A DNA stretch of 64,000 nt, taken from positions 33,307 to 97,306 of the IMG/VR virus record IMGVR_UViG_3300031576_000011; one strand, written 5' to 3'. The translations under genes and the position numbers were made by a program. Origin of the DNA: a virus. Below the pieces are notes generated by a model. That model saw only the letters and a list, made by a program, of their open reading frames with translations. It had not been told where the DNA came from and did not search any database. The number at the start of each line of letters is the position of its first letter. Position 1 is the stretch's first letter. Shown here piece by piece: positions 1 through 9,953 of the stretch.

Positions 1-1
1 C

Positions 2-550
2 GGGGCGATCACGGCCTCCGAGGCGCCCGCCCTAGCGAACCTGGACGCCACCGTCTCCTCGCGCGCGGTCCCAGGCGACGCGATGGACCTAATCCCGGGA
101 TCGGTGGATGCGGCCGCGCTCGCCGCGGACGCGGTGGCCGAGATCGCCGACGGCGTGTGGGACGAACCCCTCGCCGGGCACTTGGCCGCCGGCTCGACCG
201 GGAAGGCGCTCGACGACGCCCAGGACGCCGGCAGCCCTGCGCAGATCGCGGCGGCGGTCTGGGACGAGGCGCTCCCTGGGGCGCACGCCGCAGGCTCTGC
301 CGGCGAGCGTCTGGCGACGACCGACGATCGGGTGGACGTCGTCGTGAGCACGCGCGCCGAACTCACTCGCCAGGTGCTCATCGAGAAGATCCTGCGGAAC
401 AAGCTCATCACGGATCCCGTCGCGGGCACCATCACGATCTTCGACGACGACAGCGTCACCCCGCTCATCACCGCCGCGCTGTTCGAGGACGTCGCGGGCA
501 CGCAGACCTACCGCGGCTCGGGCGCCGACCGGCGGAACAGGATGACGTAG
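2..550 (+). CDS. Virion-associated protein, 5' partial
   Basis: Frame is open from the window start; repeated (A/G)VWDE motifs; leads into the structural operon. Confidence 0.6.
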   Translation, partial: GAITASEAPALANLDATVSSRAVPGDAMDLIPGSVDAAALAADAVAEIADGVWDEPLAGHLAAGSTGKALDDAQDAGSPAQIAAAVWDEALPGAHAAGSAGERLATTDDRVDVVVSTRAELTRQVLIEKILRNKLITDPVAGTITIFDDDSVTPLITAALFEDVAGTQTYRGSGADRRNRMT

Positions 551-551
551 C

Positions 552-824
552 GTGGCTGCCACCATCACCGCCCACGGGTACGGCCGCAGCGGGGGCCTGA
601 TCCCGTCGTTCGGCTACGGTCTCGCGCCCATCGTGCGCGTCCCGGCCGTGGCGATCATGCTGATCGGTGCGGACCCTTCGGTACGTATCCTCGTCGGTGC
701 GGATCCATCGATACGTACCCTCGTGGGTGCGGACCCGTCGGTACGTACCCTCGTCGGTGCGGACCCGTCGGCGATCGTGCTCGAGGGTGCCGACCCGAGT
801 AGAATCACGCTGGAGGGCGAGTAG
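552..824 (+). CDS. Small protein with five 10-aa GADPS repeats
   Basis: GTG start right after the upstream TAG; repeats GADPSVRILV/GADPSIRTLV. Confidence 0.65.
   Translation: MAATITAHGYGRSGGLIPSFGYGLAPIVRVPAVAIMLIGADPSVRILVGADPSIRTLVGADPSVRTLVGADPSAIVLEGADPSRITLEGE
663..812 (+). repeat. Five tandem 30-bp coding repeats
   Basis: Units like gtcggtgcggacccgtcggtacgtaccctc start at 663, 693, 723, 753, 783. Confidence 0.9.
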
Positions 825-826
825 CG

Positions 827-1171
827 ATGCCCGACGTCGTCTTCGGACCCACGAAGGTCGGCGACCGCAAGGACGCGCTTCTCCTTCAACTCAAGCACGG
901 CGACGGCACGCCGGCGGACCTGACCGGCCTCACGACGGCCGACGTCCGCATTCACATCAAGAATCTCGTGACCGGGGTCGTGCAGCAGTCGAACGTGAGC
1001 GCGATCGTGACGCCGGCGAGCGGGATCGTGCGCTACGACCCGACGGCGGCGGACGTGGCCGAGATCCGGGACTACGAGATCGAGGTGAAGGTCACGTTCT
1101 CGGTGGGGATCACGAAGCGGTTCCCGAACTGCGATCGGTTCCTTTGGCCGGTGGTCGCCAACCTCGCGTAG
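827..1171 (+). CDS. BppU N-terminal-like virion protein
   Basis: KVGD..L.L.L...DGTPADLTG and GIVRYDPTAADV..YEIEVKVTF..G...FP pattern. Confidence 0.65.
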   Translation: MPDVVFGPTKVGDRKDALLLQLKHGDGTPADLTGLTTADVRIHIKNLVTGVVQQSNVSAIVTPASGIVRYDPTAADVAEIRDYEIEVKVTFSVGITKRFPNCDRFLWPVVANLA

Positions 1172-1181
1172 GATGTAGCCC

Positions 1182-2156
1182 ATGGCGTACTGCACGCTCA
1201 CCGATCTTCGGGACGAGGGGTTCGCCAAGTGCGACGTCACGGACCGCCGCGCCCAGAGTAAGCTCGACGACGCGGCGGCGCTCATCGAGTCGCTGCTGGG
1301 TCAGTGGTTCGAGCCGCGGGCGCTGACCATCCGGGTGGATGGGCGCGGCACGAGCGAGCTTCTGCTCGAGACCCCGATCATCTCGGTGGCCGAGGTGCGG
1401 GTCGTGAACTTCGATGGCACGCTGCAGGAACCCATCCCGGCGACCGAATACGTGGTCTACAACCGCCACCTGTCCATGGGCCTGCTGAATCCCGACGATC
1501 GGCAGAACCCGCGGATCGCGTTCACCGGCACGAAGTCGTGGATCGCGCCTGGCCATCCCCTGCCGGGGGTGACCCGGTCCGAGCGCTTCTTCCACGAGGA
1601 GCGCCAGAACTTCCAGATCCTCGGCAGGTTCGGCTACACGGATCCGAGCTTCGCGGTCGCGCGCGCCATCGCCTCCGGGGTGGGGGACGCGCTCACGGCG
1701 CCGAAGACCCTGAAGATGGTCAACGCGGCCTTCACGGGCGCCGACGTCGGGGCCACGCTCACGATCACCGGAGCAGTGAATGGCGCCAACAACGCGGCCC
1801 GCACCATCGCGGCCGTCCTGGCCGCCGACACGGTCGAACTCACGCCCGAGACGATCGTGACCGAGGCCGCCGGCTTCACGGCATCGATCGCGGCGTTCCC
1901 ACAGACCGGCGTCACGCCGCGGGCGATCAAGCAGGCGTGCCTGCTCCTGGCGGCCAAGAACATGGCGACGCTGTCGGAGCGCGATGCCACCGACCTGGCC
2001 TCCGGGCGAATCGAATCCATGAGCGTGCGCGATCAGTCCCTCAAGTTCAGCGAGGATCCGCGCATCTCTTCGGGCATGGCCTACTTGACCGGCGATCCCG
2101 AGGTCGACGCGCTCCTGATCGGCTTCCGAAGGCAGCTCTCGCTCGGGGCGGCCTGA
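1182..2156 (+). CDS. Head-to-tail adaptor with internal insertion
   Basis: MAYCTLTDL start, IESLLGQWF, P.AIKQACLLLA and TGDPEVDALL motifs; position before tail genes. Confidence 0.75.
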   Translation: MAYCTLTDLRDEGFAKCDVTDRRAQSKLDDAAALIESLLGQWFEPRALTIRVDGRGTSELLLETPIISVAEVRVVNFDGTLQEPIPATEYVVYNRHLSMGLLNPDDRQNPRIAFTGTKSWIAPGHPLPGVTRSERFFHEERQNFQILGRFGYTDPSFAVARAIASGVGDALTAPKTLKMVNAAFTGADVGATLTITGAVNGANNAARTIAAVLAADTVELTPETIVTEAAGFTASIAAFPQTGVTPRAIKQACLLLAAKNMATLSERDATDLASGRIESMSVRDQSLKFSEDPRISSGMAYLTGDPEVDALLIGFRRQLSLGAA

Positions 2157-2671
2157 TGGCGTTCCTCGGCCGGGCCATCTTTCCGATGCGGATCGTGATC
2201 CGGCAACTGCTCACGAACACCACACGGGCGGCATCGGGTTATGACGATCGCTTGCGCGAATTCAAGATGGTCGACACCAACAGCGACGGCATCGGGACGC
2301 CCGCCCGCAGCGAGAGCGCCGAGCTCGTGATCCCCGGCCAGGTGACGACCCGGGTGCTGGATCGCGGCGATCAGCGCGAAGGCGGGCGCGTTCCTGAAAC
2401 GCCCAATCTCGAAGTGACGCTGCACCGGCGCGACCTGAAGGCCGCGGGCCTTCTGGCGGCGGACGGACGATGCAAGATCGTGCCAGGCGACCGGCTGGTG
2501 CGCATCGAGAGTCGGTCCGGCGACGTGATTCAGGACTTCCCGGATCCCCCGGGGATGTACCTGGCCAGCAGCCGGGTGTCGGGGTTCCTGGGATCGACCG
2601 CCAATCTGGTGGTCTGCACCTTCACGGACCGCCGCGAGGCGCCGGGCGAGCCGGTGGAGACCCAGCTCTAG
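2156..2671 (+). CDS. Putative head-closure protein
   Basis: ATG overlaps upstream TGA; synteny after the adaptor. Confidence 0.55.
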   Translation: MAFLGRAIFPMRIVIRQLLTNTTRAASGYDDRLREFKMVDTNSDGIGTPARSESAELVIPGQVTTRVLDRGDQREGGRVPETPNLEVTLHRRDLKAAGLLAADGRCKIVPGDRLVRIESRSGDVIQDFPDPPGMYLASSRVSGFLGSTANLVVCTFTDRREAPGEPVETQL

Positions 2672-2802
2672 TGGCCCGCCCCCTCTCGGGCATCGTTCCT
2701 GGGCCCGAGCACTTCCGGGTGCCACGCCGATTCGTCGGCGGATTCAGTCCCGCGAGGCTGCTGCCGAGTTCGGTCCGCCCCACGCCGGGGCCTGGCGGAC
2801 GC

Positions 2803-3378
2803 ATGCGATTCCACGTCGTCCGCACGGGACCGGACTGGGATCGGCTCAGGAAGATCTTCACGCGGCTGCGGACCTGGCCCGTCGACAAGACTGCGGAGGG
2901 GATCGCCCGCTTCCTCGTGGCGCGGACCCGGGAAGGCATCCTGCGTGGCGCCCCTGGCGGGAAGCAGTTCAACCGCCTCGCCGCGTTCACGATCGCGCGG
3001 AAGGGCCACGACCGCCCCCTCATCGACACCCGGCAACTGCTCGAGGCGTTGCGGGCCGAGCGGATGGGCCAGGGGCGCAACTGGTCCCAGTGGTACGCGG
3101 GCATCCCCGCGGACCTTCCGCACCGCGAGCCGCGCCGGATCGCCGGATTCACCCCGGAGCGCCTGATCGCGATCCGGCGGACGATCGCCCGGATCGGCGC
3201 CTTCCACGAGTTCGGGTTCCGCCCCAGCAAGATCCAGACGACCCGTCCATTCCTGGGGCCCACGCTCGAGAGCGAGCGCCAGACCATCGAGCAGCTCGCC
3301 GAGGCCAGGCTCGCCCAGTGGATCGGGCTGGATGGCCCGCGCATGCCGCCACGGTCGGGTGGTATCTTTCGGGTGTAG
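2803..3378 (+). CDS. Virion morphogenesis / tail completion protein
   Basis: TIARKGHDRPLIDTRQL, HEFG and RPFLGP motifs; start uncertain (alternative GTG at 2671). Confidence 0.65.
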   Translation: MRFHVVRTGPDWDRLRKIFTRLRTWPVDKTAEGIARFLVARTREGILRGAPGGKQFNRLAAFTIARKGHDRPLIDTRQLLEALRAERMGQGRNWSQWYAGIPADLPHREPRRIAGFTPERLIAIRRTIARIGAFHEFGFRPSKIQTTRPFLGPTLESERQTIEQLAEARLAQWIGLDGPRMPPRSGGIFRV

Positions 3379-4266
3379 ATGCCGCCCCCCACCGTCACGT
3401 CCGTGTCCCCGTCCTCGGGGCTCTCGCGCGGCGGCTCCCTGGTGTTCGTGAACGGCACGAACTTCGCCACCGTTGGGGCGGTGACCGTGTCGTTCGGCAC
3501 GCGCCTGGCGACCAGCGTCGAGGTCCGATCTGCGACGAAGCTCTCCTGTCTGCCCCCGCGCGGCGAGATCGCGCTGGGTGCCACGTCGCTGGCCGTCACG
3601 GTCACGGTCACGAACGTCGTGGCCGCCGAGAGTGACTTCCTGGCCTCCGCGTACACCTACCGACGTCCGGACCTCACGGTGGAGTCCCACCTGCTGACGG
3701 TGATCCGGACGCTCATGACCCGTATGTCGGAACAGTTGCTCGAGAACACGGTGCTGACCACGCACACGGACTTCGACCTGGCGACGTCCGATCTCCAGAA
3801 CCGGGTGGAGCTGGCGAAGGTGCCGGTGGTCATCCTGGCGGGTCCCACGCTCATCCCCCACCGGATCGTGAACTACAACGACCGGCCTCCCGTCTTCACG
3901 GGCAGCCCCAACCCCACGGCCTACAAGAAGTACGACCAGCACCGGGCCGTCACCCTCGAGTTCGACGTCCGGATCCTCTCGAAGGCCAAGAGCGAGCTGC
4001 TGAACCTGGTCCACCAGGCCATGGCCTTCCAGATGGGGAACGAGATGCTGGAAGTCCTCCGAGACCCCTTGAACCCGGGGGCCGGCTCGGTACACTACCC
4101 GCTTATGGTCGTGGGGGAGTTCGTGGCGGCGGATCGGCCGTCCAGGGCCAACCTCCGCGAGGCCGTCGGGCGCTGGAGTGTGGAGGGCGTGCTGATCGAG
4201 GACGGCGACCTCGTCGAGGACTACCCGACGGTCGACGTCACCACGCTGACGACCGAGGCGTTGTAG
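3379..4266 (+). CDS. IPT/TIG domain fused to putative tail terminator
   Basis: PTVTSVSPSSG...GG..V.V.GTNF...V.V.FG pattern; directly before the sheath. Confidence 0.65.
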   Translation: MPPPTVTSVSPSSGLSRGGSLVFVNGTNFATVGAVTVSFGTRLATSVEVRSATKLSCLPPRGEIALGATSLAVTVTVTNVVAAESDFLASAYTYRRPDLTVESHLLTVIRTLMTRMSEQLLENTVLTTHTDFDLATSDLQNRVELAKVPVVILAGPTLIPHRIVNYNDRPPVFTGSPNPTAYKKYDQHRAVTLEFDVRILSKAKSELLNLVHQAMAFQMGNEMLEVLRDPLNPGAGSVHYPLMVVGEFVAADRPSRANLREAVGRWSVEGVLIEDGDLVEDYPTVDVTTLTTEAL

Positions 4267-4275
4267 GAGGGGACG

Positions 4276-5850
4276 ATGGCGGAGCTCCTGTCTTCGAAGA
4301 TCGTCGTCGTCGAGCGTCCCCCGGTCCTCCGCACGATCCCTGGCCAGCCGACGGCAATCGCGTCCACGCCCGTCGTGACGGAGAAGGGTCCGGTCCGGAC
4401 GCCCTCCCGTACCACGAGCTTCGAAGAGTGGGTCGGGATCTACGGGGGCTACATCGCGGCCTCGAAGTCCGCGGCGATCATCGAGAAGGCGTTCCAGAAC
4501 GGGCTGCGCGATCTCTGGACGTCGCGGGTGGTCCACTACACGGACATCACCAACCCGCTGACCAAGACCTCGGCGAAGGCCCAGGTCATCATTCCCGACT
4601 CCACGCCGGCGAACACGCTGCAGGTGGACGGGAAGTACGACGGCGCCTACGCGAACGGCCCGACGACCACGCAGGTGATCGTGGCCAACGCGAGCAACGG
4701 CGCGGCCGCGAATTACAACCTGGCGGTCAAGTACAAGGGCGTGGTCATCGAGGTCTTCCCGAACGTCGTGAACACGGCGGGGCTCCCCAACTCCGTGGAC
4801 ACCGTCGTGAACGCGACGGGCACCGGATCGAAGTACATCGCCGTGACCCGGCTGCTCACGACCCGTCCGGTGAACGGGACGTACAACCCCACGGGCGGGA
4901 ACGACGGGCTCACCGGGCTGGCGGACACCGACTACACGGGCAGCCAGGCGGGCGGGACCGGGGTGTACGCCTTCGACGCCACGCAGGGCCTGCGCCTGAT
5001 GTTCGCGCCGGATCGCCTCACCAGCGCCGTCGAGAACGCGATCATCGACTACTGCGAGGTGACGCGGAACGGCTCGATCTTCCCGGTCGTGGACCTCCCG
5101 GCTGGCCTGACGGTGAACGCGGCCATCACCCACGTGGAGACCACGGCCCTGCTGCTGAACAAGTCCGAGTTCGGCGTCGTGTACCACCCGCACCTGAAGA
5201 TCCTGAACCCGAGCCGGTCCGTGTTCGGGGACACCGACGAGATCGTGGTCCCGAGCTCCGGGCACCTGGTCGGGCTGTTCGCGCAGGTGGACGGGGCCCG
5301 CCCTGGCGGAGTCCACGACGAGCCCGCCGGCATCGAGCGCGGGATCCTGATCGGCGTGACCGGCCTCGAGTCCGACGAGGTGCTGGACGAGCGGAAGCGC
5401 GACCTCCTGTACCCGAAGCGGATCAACCCGATCCATTCCGATCCGGGCATCCCGATCTACGTGGACGGGGCGCGTGTGCTCAAGGGCGACAGCAACTTCC
5501 CGACGGTCGCGCAGCGCCGCGGCGTGATCGACATCGAGCAGTCGATCAAGGACGGGCTGCAGAGCATCCGGTTCCGGGCGAACGACGAGGAGACGCGCGA
5601 AGAGGTCTCCCGCACGATCTTCGCGTTCCTGCTCACGAAGTTCAACCAGAAGGCGTTCCGCGGTTCGACGCCCGAGACCGCGTTCTTCGTGGACGTCTCC
5701 GAGGAGATCAACCCGCCGACGGAGCGCGAGGCGGGGCGCCTGAACGTGAAGATCGGGCTCGCGACCCAGCGGCCGATCGAGTTCATCGTGCTCACCTTCC
5801 AGCAGGATCTCCGGGACCTCGAGGCCCAGTTGGCGTCGGCGGGAGCCTAG
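4276..5850 (+). CDS. Tail sheath protein
   Basis: EKGPV, PSSGHLVGLFA, HDEPAG, LYPKRINPI, GARVL, PIEFIVLTF motifs; RBS AGGAGG. Confidence 0.92.
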   Translation: MAELLSSKIVVVERPPVLRTIPGQPTAIASTPVVTEKGPVRTPSRTTSFEEWVGIYGGYIAASKSAAIIEKAFQNGLRDLWTSRVVHYTDITNPLTKTSAKAQVIIPDSTPANTLQVDGKYDGAYANGPTTTQVIVANASNGAAANYNLAVKYKGVVIEVFPNVVNTAGLPNSVDTVVNATGTGSKYIAVTRLLTTRPVNGTYNPTGGNDGLTGLADTDYTGSQAGGTGVYAFDATQGLRLMFAPDRLTSAVENAIIDYCEVTRNGSIFPVVDLPAGLTVNAAITHVETTALLLNKSEFGVVYHPHLKILNPSRSVFGDTDEIVVPSSGHLVGLFAQVDGARPGGVHDEPAGIERGILIGVTGLESDEVLDERKRDLLYPKRINPIHSDPGIPIYVDGARVLKGDSNFPTVAQRRGVIDIEQSIKDGLQSIRFRANDEETREEVSRTIFAFLLTKFNQKAFRGSTPETAFFVDVSEEINPPTEREAGRLNVKIGLATQRPIEFIVLTFQQDLRDLEAQLASAGA

Positions 5851-5891
5851 TCGCGTCGCGTCGGCCCGCGTAGCGGGCCGGGAGGAGTCGG

Positions 5892-6422
5892 ATGCCCGTC
5901 ATCGCCACGTCCACGCTGGTCAAGCAGCGGCTCCGGTTCATCGTCGAGATCCCGGGCGTCAACGGGTCGCCCCCGCTGCGCGCGCGGTTCCGCACCTGCT
6001 CCGAGCTTTCGTTCGAGGTCGCGCCGTCCGAGATCCGGCACGGCGGGTCCGTCATCCCCTACTCGCAGCCCGCTGGGGTCACCTACACCCCGGTCACGCT
6101 CGAGATGGGCGCCACGAACGACGGGCGGCTGTTTCTGTGGGCCATGCAGTGCGCCCTGGCGGGTGGCGGGATCGGCGGGGCGGGCGACGCCCACAAGCGG
6201 ATCGTGGATATCGTCGAACAGGACCGGACGGGGCTGACCATCAACCGCTGGCGGTGCTTCAACGCGTGGGTGACCAAGTTCGTCGCCGGCGACTGGGACA
6301 ACGAGTCGAACGACTTCCTGATCTCGTCGGTGACCCTGAAGTACGACTTCTTCGCGCCCACGCTGATGCAGGGCCAGCCCGCGATCGCGGAGGTCGCGCG
6401 GATCGCCGCGCGCCTCGGGTAG
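5892..6422 (+). CDS. Tail tube protein (T4 gp19-like)
   Basis: RFIVEI, F..CSEL, YTPVTLE.G, RW...NAWVTKF..GDWD; follows the sheath. Confidence 0.88.
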   Translation: MPVIATSTLVKQRLRFIVEIPGVNGSPPLRARFRTCSELSFEVAPSEIRHGGSVIPYSQPAGVTYTPVTLEMGATNDGRLFLWAMQCALAGGGIGGAGDAHKRIVDIVEQDRTGLTINRWRCFNAWVTKFVAGDWDNESNDFLISSVTLKYDFFAPTLMQGQPAIAEVARIAARLG

Positions 6423-6476
6423 CATTGGACCGCCCGCGGGGGCGCGGGCAACGTCGCGTCGCGTCAGGAGGATCGC

Positions 6477-7292
6477 ATGCCAGAGCTCACGGGGTTTCCC
6501 AGCGGCCTCGCCGTCGAGGTCCGGGAGTTCTCGGTCGGGGACCGAGATGCCATGCTGGCCGAGCGGGAGCGCCCTGGGCCCCGGACGGTGGAACAGGCGG
6601 CGGCCGAGGAACGGCCGATGGAGCCCATCACGCGGGTGCTGCAGAGCACCTGGGTCCGCACGATCGACCCGGCGCACTACAAGTTCTCGGACGGGCGCTT
6701 CGACATCCGGAAGCTGCTCGACGGGGACCGCTGGTACTTCCTGCTGCAGCACCGCCTCATGACCTGGGGCAAGATCGCGCACATGCCCCTGATCTGCCGG
6801 CGGAAGCACGCGTGGGAGCACGCGTTCGACCTCTCGCTGGCGCCGATCCTGACGATCCGTCCGGAGGTCGCCAAGGCGCTGGCGGGCGGCCAGCCGCTCG
6901 AGTTCCTGCTGCCGCGCTCGCAGCGCCGGATCTGGTTCCGGCTGCTCGACGGCGAGATCGGGGACCGGATCGCCGAGGACATCGAGGCGTATCCCATGGA
7001 CCCGGAAACCGTCGCGCTGGCCGCGCGCATCGTCAAGGTCGATGGCTGGGACGACAAGACGGGCCTCGACGCGAAGACCGGCCTCGACTTGAAGACCTGG
7101 GTGAAGCAACTGCCCATGGCTGACGATGAGGCGTTCCGGGACCACCTCGAGGCGGTCGAGCCGGGGGTCGACTTCGAGGCGGACGTCGCGTGTCCCGCGT
7201 GCGGGCTGGTCGTGCCCGTGGATGCGACCGATGCCCCGGATTTTTTCCCGACCCGGCGACAGCGGCGGCGGCGCATGAGGCCGAAATCCTGA
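6477..7292 (+). CDS. Tail assembly chaperone / T4 gp26-like
   Basis: Between tube and tape measure; C-terminal CPACG...DFF. Confidence 0.7.
   Translation: MPELTGFPSGLAVEVREFSVGDRDAMLAERERPGPRTVEQAAAEERPMEPITRVLQSTWVRTIDPAHYKFSDGRFDIRKLLDGDRWYFLLQHRLMTWGKIAHMPLICRRKHAWEHAFDLSLAPILTIRPEVAKALAGGQPLEFLLPRSQRRIWFRLLDGEIGDRIAEDIEAYPMDPETVALAARIVKVDGWDDKTGLDAKTGLDLKTWVKQLPMADDEAFRDHLEAVEPGVDFEADVACPACGLVVPVDATDAPDFFPTRRQRRRRMRPKS
7241..7247 (+). other. Putative -1 frameshift slippery heptamer T TTT TTC
   Basis: In phase with 6477 (GAT TTT TTC); the -1 frame stays open to 7453 and abuts the tape measure start. Confidence 0.7.
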
Positions 7293-7452
7293 TGCTCCTG
7301 CAGCGGCGGCCGATGCAGACGGCCTTGGGCCTCACGTACGCCGACATCCTGCAGTTGCCGGTGCATCGCGCGCGGGCGATGTGCGAGTGGCTGGCCGAGC
7401 GGTGGGAGGCGGAGGCTGCGGAACTCGGTAGACTGCCTCGCGGAGGCGCCTG

Positions 7453-9270
7453 ATGCCCATCGGCCTTGGGATCACCGTCTTCCTGCGGGACCTCGCTTCG
7501 ACCGGGATCGACCGGCTGGATCGGGGCTTCGGCCGGTTCGTGAACACGGTCGACCGAGGCGCCGCCGGCCTCGCCGAGTCGGCGATGAACGTCGGCGTGG
7601 CCGGCCGGACCGCCGCGCTCGGGGCGGTGGCGGGGATCACGGCGGTGGGGGCCGGCCTCCTGGCGGCGGCCGCAACCGAGGGCGAGTTCGAGCGCCAGTT
7701 GCGGTTCGCGGCGTTCGCCGCCAATGCGACCACCGACGAGATGGAGGAGATGCGGGCGACGGCCCTTGGCGTGGCGCGCGCCTTCGCCGTCGCGCCGGTC
7801 GAGGTCGCCCGCATGGAGTCGATCCTCGCCCGGTTCGGGCTCACGGCCAAGGAGACGACCGAGATTGTCCGGCCGGCGGCCGCGCTGCTCGCGGCCTCCC
7901 TCGGCGAGCTTGGGCCGGACAAGGCCGGTGGCCTGCTGATCCAGACCCTCAAGACCTTCAACATTCCGGCCACCCAGGCGAGTCGCGTGGCCGATCAGCT
8001 TTCCGAAGCGGTCATCAGCAGCGCGCTCGACTTCAAGAAGCTCGACCTCGCGCTGTCGATCGCGGGCCCCAGCATGACGAACTTCGGTGCGAGCCTCGAG
8101 GAGACGCTCGTCCTGCTCGGCCTCACCCGCGACGTGATCTCGCGGGTGGAGCGTGGCGGTACGGGGCTCTCCCGGGTGTTCGAGGAGCTCTCGAAGAAGG
8201 AGAAGCAGCGCGAGGTCCAGGCCCGCTTCGGTATCCGGGTCACGGACGAGACGGGGAAGCACTTCCGGAACGCCACCGACATCATCGCGGAGCTCGCCGC
8301 CGCGCTGTCGGGGATGGGCGAGGTGCAGCGCGCGGCCGCCTTGGAGTCGCTGTTCGGACGCGAGGCGACGCGCGAGTTGCTCGCCCTCACGCAGCGTCTG
8401 GGCAGCTCGCTGGGGGGCGGCGCCGCGACCGCGGAAGGCTTCGCGGCCGCGATGCGGGACATGGTGAAGGCCAACCGCGCAGCCACCGGCACGACGGAGA
8501 AGCTCATCCAGACCCAGGAGGGGACGTTCCCCAGGGCGCTGGAACGCCTGAAGGTGTCGTTCGCGGAGTTCGGGATCGAGGCGGGCAAGGCCCTGAACGA
8601 GAACCTGGTCCCCGCCATGATGGCGCTGTCTGACACGATCAACAGCGTGACCGAATTCCTGCGGGAGCTCTCGCCGGAGACGAAGTCCTTCCTCGGCTGG
8701 GTCTTCGCCGCCACGGTCGCCGTCGGCGGGCTGACGGCCGCCATCACGGCGATGGGATTCGCGATCCGTGGGGTCGGGTTCGGGCTCGGGGGACTCGGGC
8801 TCGGCCGCCTGCTTGGGCGCGGGGCGGCGGGCGCCGGGGGCGCGGTTGGAGGCGGGCTGGCGGCAGGGGCAGCCGGCGCGGCGGGTGCGGCAGGCTTCCA
8901 GGTCACCGCTGCAGGGATCGGCACGCAGCTCTCGCCAGCGGCCAGACTGGCGGCGGCCGGGGCGGCCACCGCCCCTGGACTCGGCGCAGGCGTCGGCGGG
9001 GTGATCGCCCCCATCGGGATCGCGGCGCTGCTGACCGAGATGATCGCTGGCCCAATTGCGGCGGCGATCGATGCGGCGAGTCAGCGAAGTTTCGAAGCGA
9101 CCCAAGAAGCCGCGAACCGCCGAGCCGTGGCCGAAACCGAAGCCCTGCGAGGGGAGTCGGAGATCGTGATCGAACTCGACGGAGCCGCGGTCGGACACCT
9201 CATGGGCGCGCGGGTGGCGAGGGAAACCAAGCGGCGCTTCGGCGCCCAGGTGCGCGAGGGGATGCGGTAG
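7453..9270 (+). CDS. Tape measure protein (TP901-like core)
   Basis: Ala/Gly-rich; LEETLVLLGL...GGTGL, LFGREA; hydrophobic C-terminal segments. Confidence 0.9.
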   Translation: MPIGLGITVFLRDLASTGIDRLDRGFGRFVNTVDRGAAGLAESAMNVGVAGRTAALGAVAGITAVGAGLLAAAATEGEFERQLRFAAFAANATTDEMEEMRATALGVARAFAVAPVEVARMESILARFGLTAKETTEIVRPAAALLAASLGELGPDKAGGLLIQTLKTFNIPATQASRVADQLSEAVISSALDFKKLDLALSIAGPSMTNFGASLEETLVLLGLTRDVISRVERGGTGLSRVFEELSKKEKQREVQARFGIRVTDETGKHFRNATDIIAELAAALSGMGEVQRAAALESLFGREATRELLALTQRLGSSLGGGAATAEGFAAAMRDMVKANRAATGTTEKLIQTQEGTFPRALERLKVSFAEFGIEAGKALNENLVPAMMALSDTINSVTEFLRELSPETKSFLGWVFAATVAVGGLTAAITAMGFAIRGVGFGLGGLGLGRLLGRGAAGAGGAVGGGLAAGAAGAAGAAGFQVTAAGIGTQLSPAARLAAAGAATAPGLGAGVGGVIAPIGIAALLTEMIAGPIAAAIDAASQRSFEATQEAANRRAVAETEALRGESEIVIELDGAAVGHLMGARVARETKRRFGAQVREGMR

Positions 9271-9953
9271 TGGCCCTGCCGTACGCCAGCCTCACGGACA
9301 TGCTGCGCAAGGAGCGGCTGTTCTGCCAATTCAATCCCGAGACGCTCGACGAGTCCCTCGAGGTGGACTGGACGTCGCACCTCCCGCTCGGGGGCAGCCG
9401 CGAGATCTCGCACTACAACGGGACGCGCAGCGTGCGGATCCCGCTCACGCTCTACTTCACGATCGTGGGCCGCCCCGGCAACGGCGTCCCAGGCTTCTCG
9501 GATCTGCTGGTGGCCACGAGCGAAGCCGGAGGGTCGCCAGGCATCGAGTTCGGGCTGGCGGCCGCTGGCCAGCGCGGACCGGCCGTGGTGCGGCAGAGCC
9601 TCGCGGGGCCCGAACGGTTCCTCAAGGCGCTGTGCTACAAGAACGGCGGGCCAGGGGCGCGCGGAGGATTCAGCACCGAGCCGCCCACCGTGATCTTCGA
9701 TTGGCCCGGCATCGTCCGGCTCGAGGGACACCTGCTCCGGTTGCGGACCCGGTATCAGCAGTTCTCGACCGAGGATCTGCGCGGGCTGTTCCTCGTGGCT
9801 GAGACGGAGTTCCGCGAGGATGCGGCCGAGGGGATCGGGAACGAGGACGTCCGGGTGAAGGGCTCCAATCGGTCGCCGACGCTGCTGCCGCATCGCATTC
9901 AAGAGCCGCCAGAGCAGAAGTTGATCGTCCAGTTCACGAGGCCGGGCGTGTGA
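9270..9953 (+). CDS. Tube-like baseplate initiator protein
   Basis: CQFNPETL and PPTVIFDW motifs; follows tape measure. Confidence 0.7.
   Translation: MALPYASLTDMLRKERLFCQFNPETLDESLEVDWTSHLPLGGSREISHYNGTRSVRIPLTLYFTIVGRPGNGVPGFSDLLVATSEAGGSPGIEFGLAAAGQRGPAVVRQSLAGPERFLKALCYKNGGPGARGGFSTEPPTVIFDWPGIVRLEGHLLRLRTRYQQFSTEDLRGLFLVAETEFREDAAEGIGNEDVRVKGSNRSPTLLPHRIQEPPEQKLIVQFTRPGV

Noticed and set aside
2668-9198. Long antisense ORFs (922 and 721 aa) and similar shadow ORFs such as 46071-48746 and 55641-57611
   Set aside because: Arg/Pro/Gly-rich shadows of real genes on the opposite strand, expected at this GC content
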